From: Deltaproteobacteria bacterium
GTDB taxonomy: Bacteria; Myxococcota_A; Polyangia; DRWM01; JAAZOP01
Length of the DNA stretch: 54,578 bases
Assembly: GCA_016930215.1 (NCBI GenBank)
Contig: JAFGHH010000322.1
Location: 1-54,578, forward strand
Reading direction: 5' to 3'
Under the pieces are notes generated by a model. That model was not told the DNA's origin, made no database searches, and saw only the letters and a list, made by a program, of their open reading frames with translations. Shown piece after piece: positions 9,809 to 17,853 of this stretch (position 1 is its first letter; each line of letters starts with the position of its first letter). Made by a program: the position numbers and the translations under genes.

Positions 9809-10581
9809 GCATGGCTGCGACGAAGGACGGTCCGCATCGCCGGATCCCACGGTTACAGGTGGTCGTCGCCGGCACGGGCCGCGACGGGACGATGTCGCTG
9901 GCGCGCCTGATCGGCGACCTGGCGGCGGCGAACGGGCGCCGCTGGGTGTCGGAGCACGAGCTATACGCCGACCACGTCTGCAACCTGCTGAGCCGCTACC
10001 ACGAGACCGGCCTGGAGCTGCACCGCCGGGCGTTGCGCGACCTGCTGGCGCAGCTTCCGGCCCACGCCGTCGCCGGGACCACCTACCAGTTCGCCCTCGA
10101 TCTGCTCCTCGAACTCCACGGCCCCCGCCTGAAGCTGGTCCACCTCCGGCGGCGGGACCGCGCCGAGTGCATCCGTTCGTTGGCGCAGATCATCCACTGG
10201 CGCCCGGCGATGGCGATCCACATGACGAAGGAGGCGTGCCGCACGGACCTGCCGGAGTACACGCTGCGCCTGGCGGCGTTTCATTTCGGCGAGACGACCC
10301 ACGCCGCCTGGGAGCGCATGTCGCTCGATCAACGGCTCGGCTGGCACTTCGACAAGACCCACCGGCTGATCGAACGGGCCGCGCCGCGCTTCGGTGGCTA
10401 CCTGCAGCTCGACACGGAGGACCTCGACCGGCCCGCCACGGTGCGCCGGCTCGCCCGGTTCCTCGACCCTTCCTGGAAGCGGGTCTGTCCGGCGGTGCAC
10501 GTCAACTCGCGCGACGAGTGGCGCGAGCGCGGGGAGTTCAACGAGGCGGTCCGCCGCAAGATGCTCGCCCCGAGGAGTTGA
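9805..10581 (+). CDS. sulfotransferase-like P-loop protein (tentative)
   Basis: ATG 9805 is in an ATGA overlap with the upstream stop. I chose it inside the long listed ORF 6484..10581, whose upstream part is antisense to real genes. VVVAGTGRDGTMSLARL and LVHLRRRDRAECIRSL resemble sulfotransferase PAPS-binding motifs. Confidence 0.5.
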   Translation: MSMAATKDGPHRRIPRLQVVVAGTGRDGTMSLARLIGDLAAANGRRWVSEHELYADHVCNLLSRYHETGLELHRRALRDLLAQLPAHAVAGTTYQFALDLLLELHGPRLKLVHLRRRDRAECIRSLAQIIHWRPAMAIHMTKEACRTDLPEYTLRLAAFHFGETTHAAWERMSLDQRLGWHFDKTHRLIERAAPRFGGYLQLDTEDLDRPATVRRLARFLDPSWKRVCPAVHVNSRDEWRERGEFNEAVRRKMLAPRS

Positions 10582-10664
10582 GCGGCGCTCGAGCCGCCCG
10601 TCCGTCGCCTGTCGTCGCCTGTCGCCGCCTTGACACCCCGGAGGCGATCCCGCAGATTGGCCGC

Positions 10665-13571
10665 GTGCCCGGGAAGGCGCCCAAGGGCGGGGCGAAACGC
10701 CTGCTGCTCGTGGAGTTCGCGGCCACCGACCGCTTCCATCGCGCGCTGCTGTTCCCGTTCGTTCTCGGCTACGCGCGGTCCGCGGGCCGGCCCGCGCGCT
10801 GGCTCCGGTTCGGCGTTCCGGCGGCCGCTCCGGCGGGCGTCGAGGGCGGGGGGGTGCCGCTGCCGCGCGAGGACGAGGCGCGGCTGCGGGCGGCGGCCCG
10901 CGCGTTTCGTCCCGACCTCGTGCTGTTCAACATGACGCCGTCGCCCGGCGTGCGGCGCGCGGCCGCCGCGGCCGGTCGCACGGAGGAGGCCGTCCTGACC
11001 GACGGCGGGACCGGCGCGGCCGACACCGGGGACGTTCCGCAGCTCGACCTCGCCCGCACGTCGCTCGACGCGGTCCTCGGCCGGCGCGACGCCGCCGTGC
11101 AGGGCACGGGGCTGTTCCAGAACGTCGAGCCGCACTACGGGCTCGAGGCGGCGAACGAGGCGGCGGAGACGATGGACCCGCTGCCGTTCGTCTTCCTGGG
11201 CGAGGAGTGCACGTACAACCGGCCGTTCCGCGCGAGCGCCTTCCTGGCGGGGCTGACGTTCGAGGGGTGCTTCCGCAAGGGCGGGTGCTCCTTCTGCGGC
11301 CGGCCGGAGGCGGGCCGGTGGACGACGCCCCCGCCGGAGCTGCTGCGGCGCCAGCTCGCCGCGATCGACCGGACGCTGCCGGGGACGGAGGGCCGCGGGC
11401 TCCGGATCCGCCTGCTGGGCGAGGCGGCCCTGCGCCATGTCGGGGCCGTGGCGCGCGAGGCGCTGCGCTTCGGCCGGCGCCCGCTGGGCCTGCTGCTCGA
11501 CTCGCGGGTGGACCACTTCCTGGCCGCCGCCGAGCCGCTGCGGCGGGCGCTGCGCGCGCTCGACGGGTCCGGCGTGCGGCTCGAGCTGAGCCTTCTCGGG
11601 GCCGAGAGCTTCGGCACCGCGGCGCTCGACCGGCTGAACAAGGGGCTGCGGCCGGAGCAGACGCTGCGCGCGGTCCGGCTGCTGTTCGACCTGGAGCGCG
11701 AGTTTCCCGCCGGGTTCGGCTTCCGCGAGCACGGCGGGCTGAGCATGATCACGATGACGCCGTGGACGACGCCGGCCGAACTGGCGCTCGACCTGGCCGT
11801 CGTCGGGGCGCTCGGGCTCGAGGGGATCGTCGGCAAGCTGTTCACCGGTCGCCTGCGTCTCTTCCGCGGCCTGCCGCTGGTCGAGGCGGCCCGGCGCGAC
11901 GGGCTGCTCGTCCGCCGCTACGCCGACCCGCTGCTCGATACCGCGCGCCGCAACCTCTACGAGACGGAGATTCCGTGGCGCTTCGCGCGGCCGGAGATGG
12001 AGAGCCTCTGCCGCATCCTGGTCCGCCTCGACGCGGACGTCGCCGCGGCGTCCGACCCGCTCTCGCGCCGCGTGGCGAAGAAGAAGGGAACGCTCGGCCG
12101 CGGCGTGACCGCGCGCAGCGTCGCCGCGGCGCTCGCGATGACGGACGCCGCGATGCTCGCCGCGGCCTCGGGGAAGAGGCTCGCCCCCGCGGCGCTCCTG
12201 CGCGCGGCCGAGCATGGGACCGGAGCGGCGCGGACGTCCCGGGCGGCGAAGGCGTCCGCCCCGCCGCGGCACGAGGCGTGGGTGCGGCACGCGGAATGGC
12301 GCGGCGGCGCCGACGACCGCGGTCGGCTGCCGCTGCCGGTGCTGCTGGCGCACAAGCCGGCGATCAAGGTCGAGCCGCTCACCGCGACCGAGTGCGACCG
12401 TTTCCGGCGCGACCCGGAGCTGCCGAACGTACGGGCTCGCCGTCGAGGCAGCCGTGCGGGCGGCGAGGCGTGGGAGGTCTTCGTCGGGCGCCGATCGCGG
12501 GACGTCGCCGCCGCCGTGGAGCTGGCCGAGCGGATCGAGCGTGCGCGGCCCGGGCCCGAGCTGCGGGACGCCGTGACCCGGATGGGCATCGCGCTCGGTT
12601 ACCCGAAGTGCTGTGCGCGGGGTTTTTCCCAGGAACGGCCGCCGCTGGTGGACAACGTGTTCTGGCTCCACGTGGCGCGCCGCGTCGCCGTCCCCGGCCG
12701 CGTGCCGCCGGAAATGAACCCGCTCGCCCCGTGGCTCGAGTACGTCCCGTGCTCGGCGGCCTGCCGGGCCTCCGTCGCCCGGGCCCGCAGCATGATCCGC
12801 GCCTGGGGCGCCGAAGGCCGCCGGCAGCTCGAGCGGTGCCGCCATCCCGTGCTGTTGTTCCGCGAGGTGCAGGGCCAGGCGGTCGAGCTGGTGCCCCGCG
12901 ACGAGCCCGGCGAGCGGTTCCGCTACCGCGCCGGCGTCGTCGGCGGCTCCGGGCCGCTCGTCGAGGCGGTCTGCCGCGGCGACGAGCTGGTGCTGGAGGA
13001 CGAGCGGACGCTGGTGCTGCGGCGCGGCCGGCCGCTGATCGGCCTGTCGGCCCGGGCGTTCCTGTGGTGGCACGAACGGGCGCTGCAGGCGGAATTCTGG
13101 CGGGGAATGGTCGATGTGCTACGGGCGCGCGGTCCGGAACGTCGGCTGCCGGCGACGCCCGAGCCACGTGCGGAGACGCCGTTCACGCGGGACACCGCCG
13201 GGCTGCTCGGGAAGCTGCAGCGACGCCGGCCGCGCTTCGCCGGCTTCGCCCTGGACTCGTGGGGCACGACGGGCCCGGAGTGCGTCCGTGTGGTCCTCGT
13301 CGAGCGCGGCGACCGCGTGGAGCTCGATCTGTTCCCGCGCCGGCCCGGCGCGCCGGCCTTCCTGGAAGCGGGCGCGTTCCGGCTGACCTACCCGACCACG
13401 CATCCGCTCGATTCGCCCGCGCGGCTCGCCGCCGCGCGGGCCTTCGCCGCGGCCCTGGCCGGCGCGAAACTCGCCGACCATGACGACGACCACGTTGGGA
13501 GGCCTCGGATGCTGCCCGACGACGACCACGACCACGACGACGACCACGTTGGGGAAAGGGGGCGGCGGTGA
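10665..13571 (+). CDS. large multidomain protein: B12-binding-like + variant (Cx5Cx2C) radical-SAM-like + GYPxCC/PCS domain + His/Asp-rich tail
   Basis: GTG 10665 was chosen inside listed ORF 9720..13571, giving about 968 aa. Motifs are KRLLLVEFAATDRF..., EGCFRKGGCSFCGRPE, and a C-terminal ALGYPKCCARGF ... YVPCSAACRAS pair reminiscent of DUF483-type domains. The tail is HDDDHVGRPRMLPDDDHDHDDDHVGERGRR. The exact start is uncertain. Confidence 0.65.
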   Translation: MPGKAPKGGAKRLLLVEFAATDRFHRALLFPFVLGYARSAGRPARWLRFGVPAAAPAGVEGGGVPLPREDEARLRAAARAFRPDLVLFNMTPSPGVRRAAAAAGRTEEAVLTDGGTGAADTGDVPQLDLARTSLDAVLGRRDAAVQGTGLFQNVEPHYGLEAANEAAETMDPLPFVFLGEECTYNRPFRASAFLAGLTFEGCFRKGGCSFCGRPEAGRWTTPPPELLRRQLAAIDRTLPGTEGRGLRIRLLGEAALRHVGAVAREALRFGRRPLGLLLDSRVDHFLAAAEPLRRALRALDGSGVRLELSLLGAESFGTAALDRLNKGLRPEQTLRAVRLLFDLEREFPAGFGFREHGGLSMITMTPWTTPAELALDLAVVGALGLEGIVGKLFTGRLRLFRGLPLVEAARRDGLLVRRYADPLLDTARRNLYETEIPWRFARPEMESLCRILVRLDADVAAASDPLSRRVAKKKGTLGRGVTARSVAAALAMTDAAMLAAASGKRLAPAALLRAAEHGTGAARTSRAAKASAPPRHEAWVRHAEWRGGADDRGRLPLPVLLAHKPAIKVEPLTATECDRFRRDPELPNVRARRRGSRAGGEAWEVFVGRRSRDVAAAVELAERIERARPGPELRDAVTRMGIALGYPKCCARGFSQERPPLVDNVFWLHVARRVAVPGRVPPEMNPLAPWLEYVPCSAACRASVARARSMIRAWGAEGRRQLERCRHPVLLFREVQGQAVELVPRDEPGERFRYRAGVVGGSGPLVEAVCRGDELVLEDERTLVLRRGRPLIGLSARAFLWWHERALQAEFWRGMVDVLRARGPERRLPATPEPRAETPFTRDTAGLLGKLQRRRPRFAGFALDSWGTTGPECVRVVLVERGDRVELDLFPRRPGAPAFLEAGAFRLTYPTTHPLDSPARLAAARAFAAALAGAKLADHDDDHVGRPRMLPDDDHDHDDDHVGERGRR
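13488..13499 (+). repeat. GACCACGTTGGG motif, copy 1 (codes DHVG)
   Basis: Read directly from the sequence. It lies in the tail-coding region of 10665..13571. Confidence 0.9.
13542..13554 (+). repeat. GACCACGTTGGGG motif, copy 2 (codes DHVG)
   Basis: Read directly from the sequence. It uses the same Val codon (GTT), which looks uncommon here among the Val codons I translated (mostly GTG/GTC), as copy 1. Confidence 0.9.
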
Positions 13572-14920
13572 CCTTGCGCAGGCCCGCGCTCGACGTGGTG
13601 GCGGACGGCGGCGGGTGGGTTGCGCGGCTTGTGGAGGCGCTGCGGCAGGGCGGCGCGCCGCTCCGGTCCGCCTCGCTCCACGACGGCACGCTGCGCCTCG
13701 CGCTCGAACTGGAAGGCGGCCGGGCGTTCGTCGTCACGGCGCGGCCCTGGCGCGAGGGGCTGCAGGGATGGCGGCGCACCGAGCGGCTCCTCGTGGGTTA
13801 CGACGGAGCGGGGGACCCGGGACCGGACGGCGGCCGGTGGCTGGAGCGGATCCACGGCCTGCTCTCGCGTGGCGAAGGCTCGTTCCCGGAAGGGCTGGCG
13901 GGGTTCGCGGCGCTCGGGGCGCGGGGAGGGCGGCCCGAGGAGTCGCTGGCCGCGATGTTCCCGTTCGTCACCGTCGAGCGCTCCTCGCCGACGGCGGGGC
14001 GCGGCCGGCGTCCGCGTCCCGGGGAAGGGGTCGAGGTGCTGGTGCGGGCGACGTCGCGCTGCAACCAGGCCTGCCCGTTCTGCTCGGGGCCCAAGCACGC
14101 CGAGCCGAGCGGCGAGGTGCTCCGGGCCTGCTTCCGGGCCGTGGGAGAGCTGCTGCCCGGCGCGCTGGTGTCGCTGACCGGGGGCGAGCCGACGCTGCGG
14201 CGGGGCTTTCCCGGCGAGGTGCGCGCGGCGCTGGAGGCGCTGCCGCGCGGGGAGGTGCAGGTCCAGACGAATGCCGTCCGCTTCGCGACGGCGCTGGATC
14301 CGACCGACCTCCCGCGCGACCCGCGCCTCAAGTTCTTCGTCTCGCTGCACGCGCTGGACGAGGCGGCCTACGACCGGTGCACCGGCAGCCGCGGGCAGCT
14401 CGGCCAGGCGGTCGCCGGAACCCGACGACTGCTGGCGGCGGGGCACGCGGTGACGCTCAACGCGGTCGTATGCCGCGAGAACGTCGGGCACGTCGAGGCG
14501 TACGTGCGGCGGATGCCGCGGGCGTTCCCGGGCCTGCGGCGGCCCGTGTTGCACTTCTCGACGCTGATCTGTCCGGAGTGGAACCCGCGGGCCGCCCGGA
14601 GCCTGGTCCGCTACCGGGAGGTCGTCGAGGTCCTTCGTCGGGCGGCCCGCGTTGCGCGGGAGCTCGGATGGGAGATGCTGCCGCTGCGCTCCTCGACGCA
14701 CGCGACGATGCCGGCCTGCGTGTTGCGTCCTTCCGAGCGGCCGCGGCGGGCCGAGTACCGGGTCGGCGTGCGCGAGACCGGCTACGAGGACCTGTCCCGG
14801 CCGTTCGTGAAGGCGGCCCGCTGCCGCGGCTGTCGCGAGACGTCGCGCTGCCTCGGAGTCCCGCGCCCCTACGCCCTGGCCTTCGGCCTCGACGAGCTGC
14901 GGCCGATCCGGGGCGACTGA
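13568..14920 (+). CDS. radical SAM protein (Cx2Cx5C-tail paralog family)
   Basis: 450-aa listed ORF. GTG 13568 is in a GTGA overlap with the upstream stop. Motifs are VLVRATSRCNQACPFC, LTGGEPTL and a C-terminal CRGCRETSRC...GLDELRP. Confidence 0.8.
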   Translation: MTLRRPALDVVADGGGWVARLVEALRQGGAPLRSASLHDGTLRLALELEGGRAFVVTARPWREGLQGWRRTERLLVGYDGAGDPGPDGGRWLERIHGLLSRGEGSFPEGLAGFAALGARGGRPEESLAAMFPFVTVERSSPTAGRGRRPRPGEGVEVLVRATSRCNQACPFCSGPKHAEPSGEVLRACFRAVGELLPGALVSLTGGEPTLRRGFPGEVRAALEALPRGEVQVQTNAVRFATALDPTDLPRDPRLKFFVSLHALDEAAYDRCTGSRGQLGQAVAGTRRLLAAGHAVTLNAVVCRENVGHVEAYVRRMPRAFPGLRRPVLHFSTLICPEWNPRAARSLVRYREVVEVLRRAARVARELGWEMLPLRSSTHATMPACVLRPSERPRRAEYRVGVRETGYEDLSRPFVKAARCRGCRETSRCLGVPRPYALAFGLDELRPIRGD

Positions 14921-14983
14921 GGGCCTCCAACCGCGCCCAGGGTCACGTCGACGGAGGGCGGGCCGCGTGGTAGGGTTCGTGCG

Positions 14984-15814
14984 ATGAAGAAGCCTACGCC
15001 GCTGCGGGTTGCGATCTACGGAAAGGGGGGCATCGGGAAATCGGTCGTTGCGACGGGGCTCTCGGCCGTGCTGGCGAAGAGCGGGCGCAGGGTCCTGCAC
15101 GTCGGCTGCGACCCGAAGCACGACTCGGCGGTGCGGCTGCTGCCGCCCGGGGTCAAGCTGCGGACGGTGATGGAGGTGCTGGGCGACGCGCCGGGCGGCG
15201 GGGGGCAGGAGCCGATCATCCACGAGGGGCGGCTGGGGATCCACTGCTGCGAGTCGGGCGGTCCGTCGCCGGGGCTCGGGTGCGCCGGGCGCGGCGTGGC
15301 CCGCATGCTGGAGTACATGGAGGAGACCGGGTTGATGGAGCCCGGGCGCTACGACGCGATCGTGTTCGACGTGCTGGGGGACGTGGTGTGCGGCGGCTTT
15401 GCCGCGCCGTTGCGCCTCGGGTTCGCCGACCGCGTGGTGATCGTCACCTCCGAGGAGCCGATGGCGCTGTACGCGGCGAACAACATCTCCCGCGCGGTGC
15501 ACGCGTACCAGGACAACGGCGTGGTGCTGGCCGGTCTGGTGACCAACCTGCGGGGCCCCGACGCGCGGCGGGACAAGCTGCGCGAGTTCGCCCGGCGGCT
15601 ATCGACCAGCATCCTGGCGACGCTCGCGCGCGATCCGAAGATCCTGGAGAGCGAGCGTCGCCGGTGCACCGTCGTGGAACACGCCCCGAGCGGTCCGAGC
15701 AGCCGGGCGTTGCGCACCCTGGCCGGGGCGCTCGAGAAGCTGGACAAGCGCCGCTGCGTCCTCCCGACGCCGCTGGAGGACGAAGAGTTCTACAGGTTCA
15801 TGGACTCGTGGTAG
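14984..15814 (+). CDS. nitrogenase iron protein-like ATPase (NifH/BchL/CfbC family)
   Basis: 276-aa listed ORF. It has the P-loop IYGKGGIGKS, switch I CDPKHDS, and both [4Fe-4S] cysteine regions: ESGGPSPGLGCAGRGV and FDVLGDVVCGGFAAP. Confidence 0.9.
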   Translation: MKKPTPLRVAIYGKGGIGKSVVATGLSAVLAKSGRRVLHVGCDPKHDSAVRLLPPGVKLRTVMEVLGDAPGGGGQEPIIHEGRLGIHCCESGGPSPGLGCAGRGVARMLEYMEETGLMEPGRYDAIVFDVLGDVVCGGFAAPLRLGFADRVVIVTSEEPMALYAANNISRAVHAYQDNGVVLAGLVTNLRGPDARRDKLREFARRLSTSILATLARDPKILESERRRCTVVEHAPSGPSSRALRTLAGALEKLDKRRCVLPTPLEDEEFYRFMDSW

Positions 15815-17853
15815 CCACCCGCAAGACACCGGCTTCCCCCTCCGCACGGCTCGGCGGCCGCTGCGTCGCCGCCGGCGCCCGCACGCGCCTGCTGGTCGAG
15901 GAGCTGCTCGGGATCTCGGAGACCCGCGGGCGCTACCACCTGCGCACCGTGGCCTGGCTCGACCGCGCCCTGGAGGCCGGCGTCGTGGTGGACGACCGGG
16001 AGGTCGTGATCCGCATCGAGCGACGGACGGCGGACGCCGAGGGGCTGGTGACGACCCCCGAGCTGGTCGTGTACTACCGCGGCAAGGACCTGCCGGTCGA
16101 GCTGCTCGAGGCGATCCGGGCCCACGCGCCGAAACGGCTGCAGGGGAGGACGCTCGAGTCGCTGGAGGCGGCGGTCGCCGCGGACCCGGAGCTGGGGGCC
16201 TCGACGCTGGCGATGCCGCCGAGCGTCGACGAGGGCGACCGTCCGGGCTCGTTGCTGGATACCTGGGGCGGGGAGGACGCGTACGCCGACTTCTTCGCCG
16301 GCGGCGAGCTGGCGCGCGAGCAGCTCGACTCGCTCGACCCGGGCGTGCTGTTCACCTTCGTCCAGCACAGCGACTGCGAGTGCCTGCACGTGAACCCGCA
16401 CGGCATCGCGCCGATCGTCTGGCTGGTCAACCACCCGTGGGACAACCGCGTGCGGTACGGCGCCGCGGCGGGCGTGCGGCAGGACCTGGTCGCCGCGGCG
16501 GCCGAGGGGATGATGACGTCGGACCTCGACGAGGACGACGTGATCATGGGCAACGCGGGGAAGTTCCGCCGGCTGCTGGCGCAGGCCGAGCGGGTGTACC
16601 GGCGCGCCGGCAAGACGCTGTTCATCAGCAACACGTGCACGCCGGTGGTGAACGGCGAGGACGTCGAGTCGGAGGTGAACCGCTTCCGGGCGCGGAGCGG
16701 CTGTCCGCTGCTCTACCTCACCGTCACCCCGCGCTCGATGGTCAACGTGTTCGAGGACGTGCTCGTGACCCGGCGGCTCGCGGCGGAGCGGAAGGCGAAG
16801 GCCCCGCGGCCGCGCAGCGTGAACCTGATCGGCTTCCGCGAGGACCCCGCGTTGGACGAGTTGCGTGCGCTGCTGGCCTGCCTGGACGTGGAGGTCCGCG
16901 GCGTGCTGCTGCCCGAGCTGACGCTCGAGCGCGTCGACCGCCTGCCCGAGGCGGCCTGCAACGTGTTCCTGCCGAACCAGCTCTGGCAGCACCTGTACGA
17001 CCAGCTGGTCTCCGGCAGCCGCATCCCGCACCTGGACCCGCCCGCGCCGTACGGCTTCGCGGGGACGCTGGGGTGGCTCGAGGCGGTCGGCGGCCGGTTC
17101 GGCCTGTCGGCCAGGCGACGCCGGGCGCTCGAGGCCGCCGCGGCCGGCGTCCAGGCCCGGTTCGCGGAGCTGCAGACCGAGGTCGAAGGCCGGCGGCTCG
17201 GCTTCGTCGTGCGCTGCGACCAGACCTACTACCTCACGCGCCCGGCCGCCACGGCCGGCGTGCCGCTGGTGGCGATGCTCGAGGAGCTGGGCTTCAGGCT
17301 CGACGTCTTGCTCCAGGCGCGGGATCGCGAGACGGCGCGGCGGGCTGCCGAGGAGATCCAGGCGGTCTTCTCGCGGCCCGAGCGCCACCGCTTGAAGGCG
17401 TTCGATTCCCCGGAGGGGATGGCCCGACGGCTCGCGGAGAGCGAGGCGGAGGCGTTCTTCAGCTCGCACTTCTTCGACTGGCGCATCACCGGCGCGGGGA
17501 AGAACCTGTTCTCGCTGCAGCACTTCGAGGCGGGGCTGCGGGGCGCCGTGCGGACCGCGGAGCGGCTGCTGGGCATCTGCCGGACCCCGTTCTACCGACG
17601 CTTCCGCGGCCAGCTGCAGCGCACGCCCGAAGGGCTGCGCCGCGCAACCGTTTCCCCGGGGGGGACCGCCTGGTCGCACGTCGGGCCGGAGACCGGATGC
17701 GGCCGCCGGGGCGACCGCTGCGTCCCCCCCGGACCCCCCGCGCATCGTCTCGGGCAAAGCCCTCGACGACGCGCCACTGGCTCGCCAACGTCGCGGGGAG
17801 GCGGTGAACGGCTACTGCGCCGCGAGCCGCCGGGGAAGAGGGGGACGCCGTGA
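15808..17853 (+). CDS. nitrogenase component-1-like subunit (NifD/NifE/BchN-like) with N- and C-terminal extensions
   Basis: GTG 15808 (7-nt overlap with the NifH-like stop) was chosen inside listed ORF 15280..17853. TSDLDEDDVIMGNAGKF and FISNTCTPVVNGEDVE resemble the xLxExDxVFGG and CPxGLIGDD regions of NifD/E-type subunits, from memory. There is an N-terminal extension of about 200 aa and an Arg/Gly/Pro-rich tail of about 80 aa. Confidence 0.7.
   Translation: MVATRKTPASPSARLGGRCVAAGARTRLLVEELLGISETRGRYHLRTVAWLDRALEAGVVVDDREVVIRIERRTADAEGLVTTPELVVYYRGKDLPVELLEAIRAHAPKRLQGRTLESLEAAVAADPELGASTLAMPPSVDEGDRPGSLLDTWGGEDAYADFFAGGELAREQLDSLDPGVLFTFVQHSDCECLHVNPHGIAPIVWLVNHPWDNRVRYGAAAGVRQDLVAAAAEGMMTSDLDEDDVIMGNAGKFRRLLAQAERVYRRAGKTLFISNTCTPVVNGEDVESEVNRFRARSGCPLLYLTVTPRSMVNVFEDVLVTRRLAAERKAKAPRPRSVNLIGFREDPALDELRALLACLDVEVRGVLLPELTLERVDRLPEAACNVFLPNQLWQHLYDQLVSGSRIPHLDPPAPYGFAGTLGWLEAVGGRFGLSARRRRALEAAAAGVQARFAELQTEVEGRRLGFVVRCDQTYYLTRPAATAGVPLVAMLEELGFRLDVLLQARDRETARRAAEEIQAVFSRPERHRLKAFDSPEGMARRLAESEAEAFFSSHFFDWRITGAGKNLFSLQHFEAGLRGAVRTAERLLGICRTPFYRRFRGQLQRTPEGLRRATVSPGGTAWSHVGPETGCGRRGDRCVPPGPPAHRLGQSPRRRATGSPTSRGGGERLLRREPPGKRGTP

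Noticed and set aside
10601-10635. Three tandem ~10-mers (tccgtcgcct gtcgtcgcct gtcgccgcct) followed by TTGACA, considered as a regulatory repeat and promoter for 10665..13571.
   Set aside because: The repeats are low-complexity GC-rich sequence. A -35 at 10630 would place the transcription start at or beyond the chosen GTG 10665, so the two calls conflict. The evidence is insufficient.
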